Origin: Promethearchaeota archaeon
GTDB lineage: Archaea > Asgardarchaeota > Lokiarchaeia > Sigyniarchaeales > SOKP01
Direction: 5' to 3'
Assembly: GCA_019058445.1 (NCBI GenBank)
Contig: JAHPZA010000009.1
Span: 1 to 64,000, forward strand
DNA: 64,000 nucleotides
Made by a program: the position numbers and the translations under genes. The stretch's first letter is position 1. The number at the start of each line of letters is the position of its first letter. This document shows, piece after piece, positions 40,743-51,574 of the stretch. The notes beneath the pieces were generated by a model that did not search any database, was not told the DNA's origin, and saw only the letters and a list, made by a program, of their open reading frames with translations.

Positions 40743-41630
40743 GTGATTTGGAAAACTCAAATAAATAGCATAACTAAGACGAAATATCCGATAGTCATGG
40801 GTGCATTCGCAGGATTAGGAACTGGAAAGTTCGCTGCATCATTCTCAAATTCCGGAGGATTGGGAATTGTCACTGCTTTAAATTACGATTTAGATTCGTT
40901 TAAAGCGGTACTAAAAGAGATAAAAACATTAACAAATAAACCAGTTGGGATAAATCTTTCCATTGCTCCTCCTGGTATTAAAACAGCTCGAGGAAATCTA
41001 AATGAAGAAGACTACTTACAATATGTGGAAATAGGCCTTAATGAAGGGATAAAAATTTTCACTACTTCAGCATATAGGGCTGCTTTTATTGGAAAAAGAG
41101 TCCATGAAGCGGATTGTTATTGGTTTCATAAGTGTGCACTTCCCAGACATGCATTATCAGCAGAGAAAGCAGGGGCAGATGCGGTTACTATTGTGGGCAT
41201 AGAAGGAGCGGGAGCTAAGCACCCCCTTCAACAATCTACATTCGTAAATATACCGCTCACAAAAGGGTTATTAAAAATCCCGATAATAGCTGCGGGAGGA
41301 ATTGGTAGTGCGCATAGTTTTCTGGGAGCATTGGGGCTCGGAGCAGAAGGAGTTTGTCTTGGGACAGTGCTAATGGTTACCGAAGAATGTCCCACCACAA
41401 AAGAAATTAAAAAAAAATGGATAAATACAAATATTTTTGAAGAAAATTATCATAAAAAAATTTATGATTTTAATTCTAAGGATATCAAAACTCCTTCTAC
41501 GGCAATAAATTATGCAAAAAAAATAATTCCTATTAAACAACTCATTAAAAGAATAATTAAAAATGCTGAATTCATTTTAAAATCATGGGGCTTTGATTCT
41601 GAAGAATTTTCCACTTTTCCTAAGAATTAA
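40743..41630 (+). CDS. Nitronate monooxygenase / FabK-like FMN enzyme
   Basis: SNSGGLG, GADAV..GIEGAG, IAAGGIG, LGAEGV.LGT. Confidence 0.9.
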   Translation: MIWKTQINSITKTKYPIVMGAFAGLGTGKFAASFSNSGGLGIVTALNYDLDSFKAVLKEIKTLTNKPVGINLSIAPPGIKTARGNLNEEDYLQYVEIGLNEGIKIFTTSAYRAAFIGKRVHEADCYWFHKCALPRHALSAEKAGADAVTIVGIEGAGAKHPLQQSTFVNIPLTKGLLKIPIIAAGGIGSAHSFLGALGLGAEGVCLGTVLMVTEECPTTKEIKKKWINTNIFEENYHKKIYDFNSKDIKTPSTAINYAKKIIPIKQLIKRIIKNAEFILKSWGFDSEEFSTFPKN

Positions 41631-41777
41631 TTTAAAATTAAGAATGAGTCTTAGGTTATTTCAAAAATACTCTAAGAAAAATATTAATATCTTTTAATCT
41701 TGGGATATAAAATTAAAGATTTATATTAAAGTAAATTTAATCTATTCTTATATTTAAAATAAATATGGGAAAGTATT

Positions 41778-43076
41778 ATGGAAAACAAGAATTTTGAGTA
41801 CAAAAATTCATACACATCTATATTTTCATTGAACTATTTTGCTCAGGGGATCTATACGAGTATTTTTACTATGGTGCTGCCAGTCTACATTTTAACAACA
41901 TACGGGACCATTAATTCTGCTGCATTAGCTTTCATGCTCTCAATAATCTTTATACCAGCAGCAATTAAGATTTTTTATGGTATTGCAACTGATAAAACAC
42001 CCGTAGGAAAAATGGGAAGGAGGAAACCCTGGATCATATCTTCTTCGGTTCTTACGGGATTGGTTTGGATAATAGTTTCTTTTTTGATTCCATCAACTGC
42101 TGATGCGGCAATAAGATTGTTTACCATAGCTGGTCTAATTATTTCTTTTGGAGTTTATATATCAGATACAGCTTTAGATGGATTCATTCTTGATATTTGT
42201 CCCAAAAACCAATTAGGGCGAACTCAAGGCTTTTGCTGGGGATTGAGAGCTATTGGAATAATTTTTGGCGGACCAATAATTCTCCTATTTCTGATATTTT
42301 TGCCTTTACAAGTTATCCTCATTACATTAGGAGTAATAATGATTATTTTTCCGCTACTGACTCTCAAAATTGAAGATATCGAAACTCCTAAAGCTGAGGG
42401 TCTTGGTAAAACTCTAAAATTAATATTTAAAGACACTGAAAATTGGAAGCTATTTTTTTATTCGTTTTTTATGCAAATTGTCGGTGGGGTAGTATACACT
42501 TTTCTGGCGCTCTATATTCTCATAAAAGGCGGATATATAAATCCTCAGGGAGCAAATCTTTCATCATTAGATCTTAGTTTGTATCAACCTCAAGCAATAA
42601 TCACCTTATTTATAAGTTTAGGAATTATTTTGGGAGCAGTTTTAGGTGGAATTGTTGCAGATAAAATCTCAAGAAGAACAGCTGTATACTCTTCAATGGG
42701 ATTAAATACTATATCTTTACTTCTCCTTTTATTACCTGCACCATTTTTCGTACTTATTTTCTTTGCATTTTTAGTTGGACTTGCAAGTGGATGGATCTTC
42801 TCATCATATGTCGCCGTTGCTGGAGAATACTCGCAACAATATCCCGAATTTGACAGCACCTATTTTTCAATCAGTATCTCGTTTATTAATTTTGGAACAT
42901 TATTAGGATTGGTTTTAACGGGAATGACTTTTAATATTTTGTCTGGCATAACATCCGATACCCTGATAATTTTTGGCACTCTATTTGTAGTGATGATCAT
43001 TTTAGAAAGTATAGCTTTAATTCCGTTTATGATGTTAAATAGAGAAATTTATGAATATAAATTAGCTGAGAAATGA
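41778..43076 (+). CDS. MFS transporter (AmpG/BT1-like)
   Basis: GRRKPWI, DTALDG, ADKISRR; about 12 TM helices. Confidence 0.88.
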   Translation: MENKNFEYKNSYTSIFSLNYFAQGIYTSIFTMVLPVYILTTYGTINSAALAFMLSIIFIPAAIKIFYGIATDKTPVGKMGRRKPWIISSSVLTGLVWIIVSFLIPSTADAAIRLFTIAGLIISFGVYISDTALDGFILDICPKNQLGRTQGFCWGLRAIGIIFGGPIILLFLIFLPLQVILITLGVIMIIFPLLTLKIEDIETPKAEGLGKTLKLIFKDTENWKLFFYSFFMQIVGGVVYTFLALYILIKGGYINPQGANLSSLDLSLYQPQAIITLFISLGIILGAVLGGIVADKISRRTAVYSSMGLNTISLLLLLLPAPFFVLIFFAFLVGLASGWIFSSYVAVAGEYSQQYPEFDSTYFSISISFINFGTLLGLVLTGMTFNILSGITSDTLIIFGTLFVVMIILESIALIPFMMLNREIYEYKLAEK

Positions 43077-43228
43077 GAATTTACTAACTCCTATATTTTT
43101 TTTTAACTTTTATTTATTCCTATTTAAGAAAGTAAAATCATAAAGAAGTAATATAAGAAATAGATTTTTATCTTAATTAGAAAGAATTAGGAAATACATT
43201 TTTTTATCAATGAAATGAGGTTAAAAAT

Positions 43229-44086
43229 TTGATAATAGATATGCATATACACCCTTTCTGTAAAGAAGCAACAATGGGAGATTTAGAGAAGGTTGCAGAT
43301 GTGATGTGGGGTGCAGGCACTCTGAAACGTAAAAGAATGCGTCGTATGTTAGATCAAATAGCATATAAAACATCGATAGATGATTATATTTCATTAATGG
43401 ATAAATATAAGATCGATAAAGCTGTAATAGTGTCATTTAATATTACAACTGCATTCGGAGTTTGTATGGTAACCAATGATGATGTATCTAACCTAGTTGC
43501 TCGGTATCCTGAAAGACTAATTGGATTTGGTTGTGTAGATGTTCCAGCCTCTGATGCCATGGAGCAATTGGATTATGCAATAAATTCCTTAGGACTTAAA
43601 GGTATTAAACTTGTACCACCAGTTCAAAAATTTGATATTTCTGATAAGAAATATGATTCGCTCTGGAAAAAAATGACAGATCTTGGCATTATTTTATGGA
43701 CTCATGGTGGACATCAAGTTTCGACTAAGGGCTCCGTGGCAAAATATGGTCATCCTTTACTAATTGATGAGGTAGCAATGCGCCATGAGGATTTACCAAT
43801 AGTTATAGGGCATATGGGGACGCCATGGTTTTGGGATACTTATTCCGTTGTTTTAAGACATCCTAACGTGTACGTTGACATCTCTGCCCATTATGACCTT
43901 TATGGCTATTTTCCCTGGGATGCGTATACAAAGTACAATATAGAACATAAAGTTTTATTTGCATCTGATTATCCATTAATTCAATGGGGTGCGATTGTAC
44001 CTGCGGTGGAGGCATTACCAATTTCAAATGGTTTCAAAAAAAAAATATGGGGCGAAAACGCGATGAAACTATTAGATATTAAATAA
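43229..44086 (+). CDS. Amidohydrolase 2 family protein
   Basis: IDMHIH, WTHGG, GHMG, FASDYP. Confidence 0.92.
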   Translation: MIIDMHIHPFCKEATMGDLEKVADVMWGAGTLKRKRMRRMLDQIAYKTSIDDYISLMDKYKIDKAVIVSFNITTAFGVCMVTNDDVSNLVARYPERLIGFGCVDVPASDAMEQLDYAINSLGLKGIKLVPPVQKFDISDKKYDSLWKKMTDLGIILWTHGGHQVSTKGSVAKYGHPLLIDEVAMRHEDLPIVIGHMGTPWFWDTYSVVLRHPNVYVDISAHYDLYGYFPWDAYTKYNIEHKVLFASDYPLIQWGAIVPAVEALPISNGFKKKIWGENAMKLLDIK

Positions 44087-44166
44087 TCTCTTTTTCTTTT
44101 TTTGTAAGATCTGATATTTTATATCTAATAAAAATAAGGAATTTGAAAAAAATGTAAATATTTCTT

Positions 44167-45879
44167 TTATTCTAATTCTATTGGTTCGATCTTCTTGAGT
44201 TTCTTAAATTTCTTAACTTTAGTGTTTTTTATTACATTACCTCTAATGAAAACCATCGAGACTTGTCCAAGATACTCCAAGTTTTCGAAAGGATTTCCAG
44301 GTACAACCTGAATATCTGCCGACTTGTTAATTTCTATACTTCCTGTAATATCTCCAACACCGATAATTTCAGCATTGTTTTTTGTAGCGTAATATATTGC
44401 CTCTTGATTCGACATTCCCGTATATTTAACTAAATATACAAGTTCTTTCCATAGATCATAATGTGGCACATAGGGGACAGAAGCGTCAGTTCCCACGCCA
44501 AATCTAATATCTTCCTTATATGCTCGTTGTACTGCCTTAATCATGCCAAGTTCGATAATTTTTGCGTTTTCACGTTTAACAGGGGTAATTTTTGTGTCTT
44601 TTGCTGGAAGTGTGGCCAAACCCATTCCCGCTGAGATTGTAGGGACGACTGCTGTATAACCTCGAAGAGTCTTCGGATTATTTTTAAACATATCAATGAG
44701 ATCATCAGTGATTTCTGCGCCATGCTCAATCGTATCAACTCCACCTAACAAAGCTTCTTTCATTCCCTCTGTGCTCTCGCAATGCGTAGCGATAAGTAAA
44801 TTACCTCTGTGTGCTTCAATACACGCAATTACAATTTCTTCAACCGTCATTTGTGGCCTCCCGGCTTCACCAACCATCCTTGCATCCATAACTCCACCCG
44901 TACTTAAAATTTTAATATGATCAACTTCATTTCTAATATTTCTCCTTACCGCTTTTCTAATTTCTCCAGTGTCATCGACTGCAAAGCCAAACCACTCTCC
45001 ATGCCCTCCTGTTGGACAAATACCTCTGCCAGCACATAAAAGTCTAGGCGCTATTAATTCCCCTTTTTCAATTTTCTTTCGCAATTTGATGTCAAAATAC
45101 ATTGGCTCCCCCATAGATCGTAAAGTGGTTACTCCCGCATTAAGCGAAACTAAGGCGTGCTTTTTCATTGATCTCATCATATAATACTTTCCAATTGGAG
45201 TTTCAAGAATTTTGGCAATTTTTTTTAATTTTTCCGAATCGATTTCCATTAATTTTGTAGGTTTTCCGCTACCAAATATATGACAATGGGCGTTAATTAA
45301 TCCTGGAAGGACATACTTTCCTTTTAAATCAATAATTTTATAATCTTTAGGAATTTCAATATCGTCCTTTTTGCCTACAGCAGTAATAAGTCCCGGCACT
45401 TCTCCCTCTTCAACAATATTTTTTACTAATATAATTCCATCATTAATTATTTTGCTATCTTTATGACCATCGATAATTCCACAATTAATAATTGCAAGAT
45501 TCTTTTTTGGTTCTTTCTTCTTTAATCGTTTGAGCCACGAGATAATTTTAATCATCGAGATTATGTTGATTATGATGCTAATAATTGACACGATCCAATA
45601 CCATAATAAAGATAACCAGCTAGATTCTAGATGAGCAATATTTAAACTTAGTTCATATATACCAAAATCTAAATATCCAAGAAGTTCTAATATCCCTAAA
45701 GGAATTCCTATGAATGGGATTATCCAAGGATATACTGCCAAAAATCCTACAATTATGTATGACAGCATTCCAAGTACGCCCCTTAGTGTTCCATATGTTA
45801 TCCATGCTAATATTGAGACAAGTAATGCAAATAATAAAAGACAGGAAAATCGGTTTGATGATGATTTATTTTCACTCAT
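44167..45879 (-). CDS. Metal-dependent amidohydrolase (Xaa-Pro dipeptidase-like) with N-terminal membrane domain
   Basis: PGLINAHCH, TGGHG, IEHG, GTDA; about 115 hydrophobic N-terminal residues. Confidence 0.9.
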   Translation of the reverse strand: MSENKSSSNRFSCLLLFALLVSILAWITYGTLRGVLGMLSYIIVGFLAVYPWIIPFIGIPLGILELLGYLDFGIYELSLNIAHLESSWLSLLWYWIVSIISIIINIISMIKIISWLKRLKKKEPKKNLAIINCGIIDGHKDSKIINDGIILVKNIVEEGEVPGLITAVGKKDDIEIPKDYKIIDLKGKYVLPGLINAHCHIFGSGKPTKLMEIDSEKLKKIAKILETPIGKYYMMRSMKKHALVSLNAGVTTLRSMGEPMYFDIKLRKKIEKGELIAPRLLCAGRGICPTGGHGEWFGFAVDDTGEIRKAVRRNIRNEVDHIKILSTGGVMDARMVGEAGRPQMTVEEIVIACIEAHRGNLLIATHCESTEGMKEALLGGVDTIEHGAEITDDLIDMFKNNPKTLRGYTAVVPTISAGMGLATLPAKDTKITPVKRENAKIIELGMIKAVQRAYKEDIRFGVGTDASVPYVPHYDLWKELVYLVKYTGMSNQEAIYYATKNNAEIIGVGDITGSIEINKSADIQVVPGNPFENLEYLGQVSMVFIRGNVIKNTKVKKFKKLKKIEPIELE

Positions 45880-45916
45880 TTCTATTTTTAACTCCTTAAT
45901 TTTTTGATTAAAAAAA

Positions 45917-47329
45917 TTAATGATATTCGATCGTTACTGAAGGATATTTTTTGAATACGGGTTTCTTAAGTTTCCAAAGTTCATCAGCTTGGTTTACCCA
46001 TTCATCGAATTCACTTGGATTTTCAGGGTAGGTTTCATAGTGTTTTTGAATTTTTCCAGCAAGACCGTTAGCTTTTAGTAGTTTCCGAACGTTTTTAAAT
46101 GATAATTTTCGCTTAAGAACCCCACCCAATAACCCTAAGGCAATTTTTAAGATTTCTCCAAATGTCATTTCAGCTTCGTATTCTTTATTAGGTTCTGGTA
46201 TTTCTCCCTTCCTACTCCGATAAATAATATTGCTTCCTACAAGATAATTCCATTCTTTTTCGGTGAAATTTAATATACCGGATAGTTGCATATAAAGCCC
46301 GGCAAATTTTGCTCCTTGATCCCTATAGTATCTTAGGTTAATGTCCCATAATTTTTCTTTAGACACATAATCATCTTGTTTTAGCGCTGTTTCTATCACA
46401 TCTGTTGCGACCATACATAACATCCATGTTGCAGTGACTCCGTGCCCTGAGAAAGGATATGTTATGACAGAAGCATCACCGATGCAAAGAAATCCGTCTC
46501 CTACTAATGAATAAGGGGGACGCCTATAAGGTGTAAATCCCCTTTCAGATTTAATAATTTCATAGGGGGGAAAATTTGCTTTCTTAAGAAGATCATCTCT
46601 TACTTTGGCAACATTTTCATATGATCCTGGTTGACCTACTCCAATAATTACACCGTTCTCAATATGACATGGCCCCAACCAAGCAAGATAATAAATAAAC
46701 CCATTGAGATGTTGAGGGTATGGTTCTTCAGGCTTAGACCACTTGATGTATTGCAATAGTACATACATCACATCGTTAGGACCTAATTTAAAAGTTTCAA
46801 CCCCGTAATCGGGGGGTAAAATAGTTCGAATCGCACCACTTGTACCAGATGCATCCACTACTAATCGAGCACGATATTCTATTTTTGTACCATTTTTATC
46901 TGCTTTTAATCCTATTATTTTATTATTTTCGAAAATGAGTTCAGTGAATTTACAATTAAATTCGAATTTACCACCATCCGACTCTACAACCTTATACATT
47001 CTTTGTAAAAAAAATGAAAGCCTAATTACCGTTTGAAGTGCTCTAATCTTCTTTTTAGTTTTAAAATCAGGAGCATTTACCGTGTCTTCCTCAAATACTC
47101 CAACTAATTCTGGATACCCCTCTTTGGGAGGTGGAATTCCTGCTTTCTTAATTCGATCCGTCTCAAAATGTATTACATCTAATCTTTTCCCGACTTCTTC
47201 CCTTTTATCTTTTTCAATAATAATTACTGAGAATCCCTTTTTGGCCAGAAGCCATCCAAGATAAGTTCCAGCAGTTCCAGCACCCACAATAACGATATCA
47301 TAATTTTCAACCATATTTTCTAACTCCAA
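45917..47329 (-). CDS. FAD-dependent oxidoreductase, geranylgeranyl reductase-like
   Basis: IVGAGTAG, VVDASG, IGDA...PFSGHG. Confidence 0.85.
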   Translation of the reverse strand: MELENMVENYDIVIVGAGTAGTYLGWLLAKKGFSVIIIEKDKREEVGKRLDVIHFETDRIKKAGIPPPKEGYPELVGVFEEDTVNAPDFKTKKKIRALQTVIRLSFFLQRMYKVVESDGGKFEFNCKFTELIFENNKIIGLKADKNGTKIEYRARLVVDASGTSGAIRTILPPDYGVETFKLGPNDVMYVLLQYIKWSKPEEPYPQHLNGFIYYLAWLGPCHIENGVIIGVGQPGSYENVAKVRDDLLKKANFPPYEIIKSERGFTPYRRPPYSLVGDGFLCIGDASVITYPFSGHGVTATWMLCMVATDVIETALKQDDYVSKEKLWDINLRYYRDQGAKFAGLYMQLSGILNFTEKEWNYLVGSNIIYRSRKGEIPEPNKEYEAEMTFGEILKIALGLLGGVLKRKLSFKNVRKLLKANGLAGKIQKHYETYPENPSEFDEWVNQADELWKLKKPVFKKYPSVTIEYH

Positions 47330-47521
47330 ATAAAAAAATTTATTTCATTTAAATTAGATAATATTAATTAGTAATTAAATTATCAAGATTTCAAAACTGA
47401 ACAATTTTAAATAGTTTTACAAAATAAAAGTTTATATAACTTTCCAGTTTAATAGTGATATCATTAATGAGATTTTATTTTTTGCATAAATCACTATTTT
47501 AAATAGCTACTAATAGAGAGG

Positions 47522-48052
47522 TTGATCAATTTGAATACGGAAAATAATGAGATCGAAAAAAGAGCTATTGGATATGAAAAGGGACTTGCTAGTTTGAGAG
47601 TAGGCATTATTTCTATTACTGCAGCTCTCTATATTGCTTTAGGTTATATTTTTCATGCAATAAGCTTCCTGGGATTACAATTTAGAGTAGCTGAATTAAT
47701 GGTTGGTATGTGTATAATATTTCCAATAGAAGGAATGATAGGGAAAATTATTGGTGTATTTATTGTTAATTTAACATCACCTTTAGGACCAATTGATTTG
47801 CTTAGTACCATTGTAAATATTCCGGCATTATATTGTATTATTTATTTCAGAAAAAAGGGAAAATTGAAATACTTTGGGGGCATTTTATACGCGATAATCA
47901 TTTCGCTTTATGTTGCTATAATTTTAAACCTTGTATTGGGTTTACCAATTTGGCTGATGTTCATTCAAGTATTTATTTCCGAAGCTATTTTAGCGTCTTT
48001 AGGGATTGCTCTCTTTGATAAGATTAAAACAATGCTAGAGATCGAAGATTAA
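47522..48052 (+). CDS. queT: QueT-family ECF S component (queuosine precursor)
   Basis: AALYIAL, ISF..LQFRVAE, NLTSPLGPID. Confidence 0.85.
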   Translation: MINLNTENNEIEKRAIGYEKGLASLRVGIISITAALYIALGYIFHAISFLGLQFRVAELMVGMCIIFPIEGMIGKIIGVFIVNLTSPLGPIDLLSTIVNIPALYCIIYFRKKGKLKYFGGILYAIIISLYVAIILNLVLGLPIWLMFIQVFISEAILASLGIALFDKIKTMLEIED

Positions 48053-48175
48053 TATCTGTTAATTTTTCTGTTATGTAATTATAGTTCAAAATCAGTAATT
48101 TTATAATTCTCATTATATTTTGAAAATTAACTTTTAAATAATGATATTATCTTATTAAAGGGGTATTTTAATATT

Positions 48176-49375
48176 ATGAATAAAGCTAAGGTTTTCTGGG
48201 CTTCGCCAAATGAGATTGCTTCCTTAAGAAATACTGCAAAAAATATGGTTACAAATAATTTAGTAAAGACTCGATTGATATTGGATGAAATACTTGATAA
48301 TATCAATAAAGGTGATAAGGTAGCCGTTAAGGTTCATGTTGGAGAGGCATTAAATACTCATTACTTACGTCATGATTATGTACGTGAAGTGGTCGAGGCT
48401 ATTAAATCAAAGGGAGGAACTCCGACTCTTATAGAAACTCATGGAAGGGGGAATGAGTATGAGTTATTAGACATATGTGAAGACTATTCTGTATGTGTTG
48501 GTCACAGAAGAAAAACAGCTGATCATAATAAAATCGCCCATCTTCATGGATATACTGAATCAATTATCGGAGCACCGTTGAAATTTATTGATGGAGAAGA
48601 AGGATTGGAAGGAAAAATAGTTCCTATTAATGGAATTCATTTTAAAGATGTTTCCGTTGCGTCAGGATTATTTGAATTTGACAAGATGGTCGTTATTTCC
48701 CATTTTAAAGGGCATCCACAAGCAGGATTTGGTGGAGCGTTAAAACAGGTTGGGATAGGATGTGTAACCAAGAAAAATAAATTCTTAGCCCATATGGAAA
48801 AGGCATATGAGGTTAATTCTAAAAAATGTGATATCACAAAATGTAATAAGGAATGCATTACGGCATGTCCTGTAAATGCTATTGATATGAATGGAGAAAA
48901 AGCCTTAATTAATGCTTCTAAATGTTTTGGCTGTCATTTATGCGTGAAAAAGTGTCCTATAAAGAGAGCAATTAAAGCACCAAGAATGAATGAAGTGAAG
49001 GATTTTGTGGAAAGATTTATGGATAGTTTTGCCGCAGTTCTAAGTTTTGGACCTGAAAATATTCGTTACATTAATTTTGCTTTTGATATAACAATGATAT
49101 GTGATTGCACTCCAAATCCCGGAATGCCAGTAGTTCCTGACCTTGGAATTTTTGGCTCATCCGATCCAGTTGCAATAGATAAAGCATGCTTTGATGCCGA
49201 GACTAAAGCACCTGGACTTCCAATTCTAAATAAGGAAGATGAATGGAAAGAACCGTTACAAGCAGGAGTTGAAAAATTTGGAGCTATGATGGATATAGTT
49301 AAACCATATTATCAATTCGAAGCAGCACTCAAAAATAATATTGGCTCTATTGATTATGAATTAATAAAAATTTAA
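48176..49375 (+). CDS. DUF362 protein with inserted ferredoxin domain
   Basis: VAVKVHVGE, SHFKGH...GFGGALK, CxxCxxCxxxCP, DPVAIDKA. Confidence 0.9.
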   Translation: MNKAKVFWASPNEIASLRNTAKNMVTNNLVKTRLILDEILDNINKGDKVAVKVHVGEALNTHYLRHDYVREVVEAIKSKGGTPTLIETHGRGNEYELLDICEDYSVCVGHRRKTADHNKIAHLHGYTESIIGAPLKFIDGEEGLEGKIVPINGIHFKDVSVASGLFEFDKMVVISHFKGHPQAGFGGALKQVGIGCVTKKNKFLAHMEKAYEVNSKKCDITKCNKECITACPVNAIDMNGEKALINASKCFGCHLCVKKCPIKRAIKAPRMNEVKDFVERFMDSFAAVLSFGPENIRYINFAFDITMICDCTPNPGMPVVPDLGIFGSSDPVAIDKACFDAETKAPGLPILNKEDEWKEPLQAGVEKFGAMMDIVKPYYQFEAALKNNIGSIDYELIKI

Positions 49376-49408
49376 ATTTACCAATAAAGAATTAAAAAAA
49401 TTATCATT

Positions 49409-50371
49409 TTAGACAAGTACTTTACCATCTTTTAGTATTTTTTCACCGTCAATTTCAATCGTAACTTCCTTCATAACACCATCATGATGAATATTGCTAT
49501 AAGTTTGGCCACCAATATTAATATTTTTACCCACTGCTAAATGAGCTGTTCCTTTCATCATTTTATCCCCTATGGTTCCAGTGGTATTTTTTAAGGTGTG
49601 GTTTGTCCCAATTCCTAGTTCCGCAATATTATTTCCATTTTCATCAGCAGCTTGAATTATAGCTCTGATCTTCGCAGCTTCTTCTGCACCTTCAATTTTT
49701 ACTGCTCGACCTTTTTCTACAAATATTTTTACGGGAGTGGTAATCCCACCTACTTTTTCAAACATCGTATCAATTATCCATAAACCTTCAGCGGTTCCTT
49801 CCACGGGTGCGATAGCTGCTTCAGCATATTCAGGAACAGCACCCCATGCGCCTGGGACTGCATGTCTGACTCGTAATGGTGCAGATATTCGGTTCTTAAT
49901 AGACAATGTAACATCAGTTCCAATTTTAGAAGTAATTCTTGCCTCGTTTCCATTAGTCAATATCTCTGATAATTTTTCTGTTAATTCTGTAATTTCAAAA
50001 ATATCTTCCCGTGTAATATCAGGTTTAATATAGGGTACACCGCCCACTCTTGCCCCAACATCGGTTGCGGCCCGTCTGGCATTCATATGCAAAAATAATT
50101 GAATAGTGCTATATGGGAGCACAGCCATAATTACATCAGACTTAAGCATCATCTTACTCACTTCTTCGGGAGGTTCAATTTGTATTTCTTCGTTATTAAC
50201 CATTAAAAGCGTTATATTTGCGCCTAAAGCCTCAGCTTCCTCCGCCAAAAGTTTTGCGTTCCTATTGAAACCTTTAGAATATATAATCAGGACATTCTCA
50301 TTTGGTTTTATTGCCATGCACGTATCCACAATTACTCTCGCTCCTTTCCGATAATCCAGCCTTTTACTCAT
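49409..50371 (-). CDS. Aminopeptidase T / M29-like metallopeptidase
   Basis: GTDVTL, IAELGIGTN, GTAHLAVG, HHDG. Confidence 0.85.
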   Translation of the reverse strand: MSKRLDYRKGARVIVDTCMAIKPNENVLIIYSKGFNRNAKLLAEEAEALGANITLLMVNNEEIQIEPPEEVSKMMLKSDVIMAVLPYSTIQLFLHMNARRAATDVGARVGGVPYIKPDITREDIFEITELTEKLSEILTNGNEARITSKIGTDVTLSIKNRISAPLRVRHAVPGAWGAVPEYAEAAIAPVEGTAEGLWIIDTMFEKVGGITTPVKIFVEKGRAVKIEGAEEAAKIRAIIQAADENGNNIAELGIGTNHTLKNTTGTIGDKMMKGTAHLAVGKNINIGGQTYSNIHHDGVMKEVTIEIDGEKILKDGKVLV

Positions 50372-50659
50372 ATACTCAAATGCCTCATTAAATTTTTTAT
50401 ATACTTTTTTAACACAAATAATTCATGCGATAGTTATAAAAGGAGAGGGAAAACTATTAATTTTTTTTCATTAATTTAAATATAACATTTGTGAAAATCA
50501 TAGAATAACCAATTATAAATTAAGTATTTTTATTTTACTAAGTTTTGAATTACATGCAGATTTCTGCTTATGTAAGAACAAATCTTAATTTTATAAAAAC
50601 TAAATTTATTAGCCCGCATATTCTGACTTTAATTAATTAACTAATTTTTTTAGAAGAGT

Positions 50660-51361
50660 ATGAGTTTTAAATTTCCAGCGAATCAAAAGTATAAGGAGCG
50701 GATCTGCTTTCATTGTAAAAAAAAGATCGATATTGCCGATTATTTTGTAACAAATAAATCAAAATATCCCATAGAAAAATTAATTCAATTATGGGAACAT
50801 GATAAACTGGAGTTTTATTGTTGCTTGTGTTATGATAGATATTTAAAGAGTGAGAATTTAACTAAATTAACCGCTAGTTTAATTGAAAAAGACCGGGAAA
50901 TTTTAAAATTACTAAAACTAAAGTATTCGATTGACCTTCAAATAGTAGATAAGATTGAATATAATACTATTGGGGTCACAATCCGAAATAAGCAAATTAC
51001 TGGATTGGGACTCTTTAAATGTGTTGAAAAATTTCCAGAGATAATTGCAATGCTTACGTCTCTTGAGAATTTGAATTTAGCTTGGAATTCACTAACAGAA
51101 TTACCTAAATCTATATGCAATCTCCATCATTTAAAGGTACTAGATTTGATAGGAAATAATTTGACTTCAATCCCCAAAGAAATAAGACTACTAACTTCTC
51201 TTGAGGAATTAGATTTAAGTTATAATAAATTAAGAAATATTCCAAATACAATAGGAGAGCTTCCGTCGCTAAGAACATTGAATTTAATACATAATGAGAT
51301 TATAATGATTCCAGAAAGCTTAAAAGAATTAGAATTAAATGGTCTTAAAATTCTGTTTTAA
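50660..51361 (+). CDS. Leucine-rich repeat protein with N-terminal Cys4 (Zn-finger-like) module
   Basis: CFHC...CCLC; four LxxLxLxxNxLxxLP repeats. Confidence 0.9.
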   Translation: MSFKFPANQKYKERICFHCKKKIDIADYFVTNKSKYPIEKLIQLWEHDKLEFYCCLCYDRYLKSENLTKLTASLIEKDREILKLLKLKYSIDLQIVDKIEYNTIGVTIRNKQITGLGLFKCVEKFPEIIAMLTSLENLNLAWNSLTELPKSICNLHHLKVLDLIGNNLTSIPKEIRLLTSLEELDLSYNKLRNIPNTIGELPSLRTLNLIHNEIIMIPESLKELELNGLKILF

Positions 51362-51574
51362 AAACAACAATAATTTAATATAATTTTTATAGTTAATCTT
51401 GTAGGTTAATCCAATTATAGGGAATTTAATAGGAACTTCTACTTTATTAGAAAGGACTAGTTTTAAAAATTAGAATTTTTGATATTAATATAATTTAGTC
51501 ATTATTTATCAAAATTTGAACAATATTTATAATCTAATATAAAAAAAAATTCAAAAAAAGAGGAGAAATAATCA

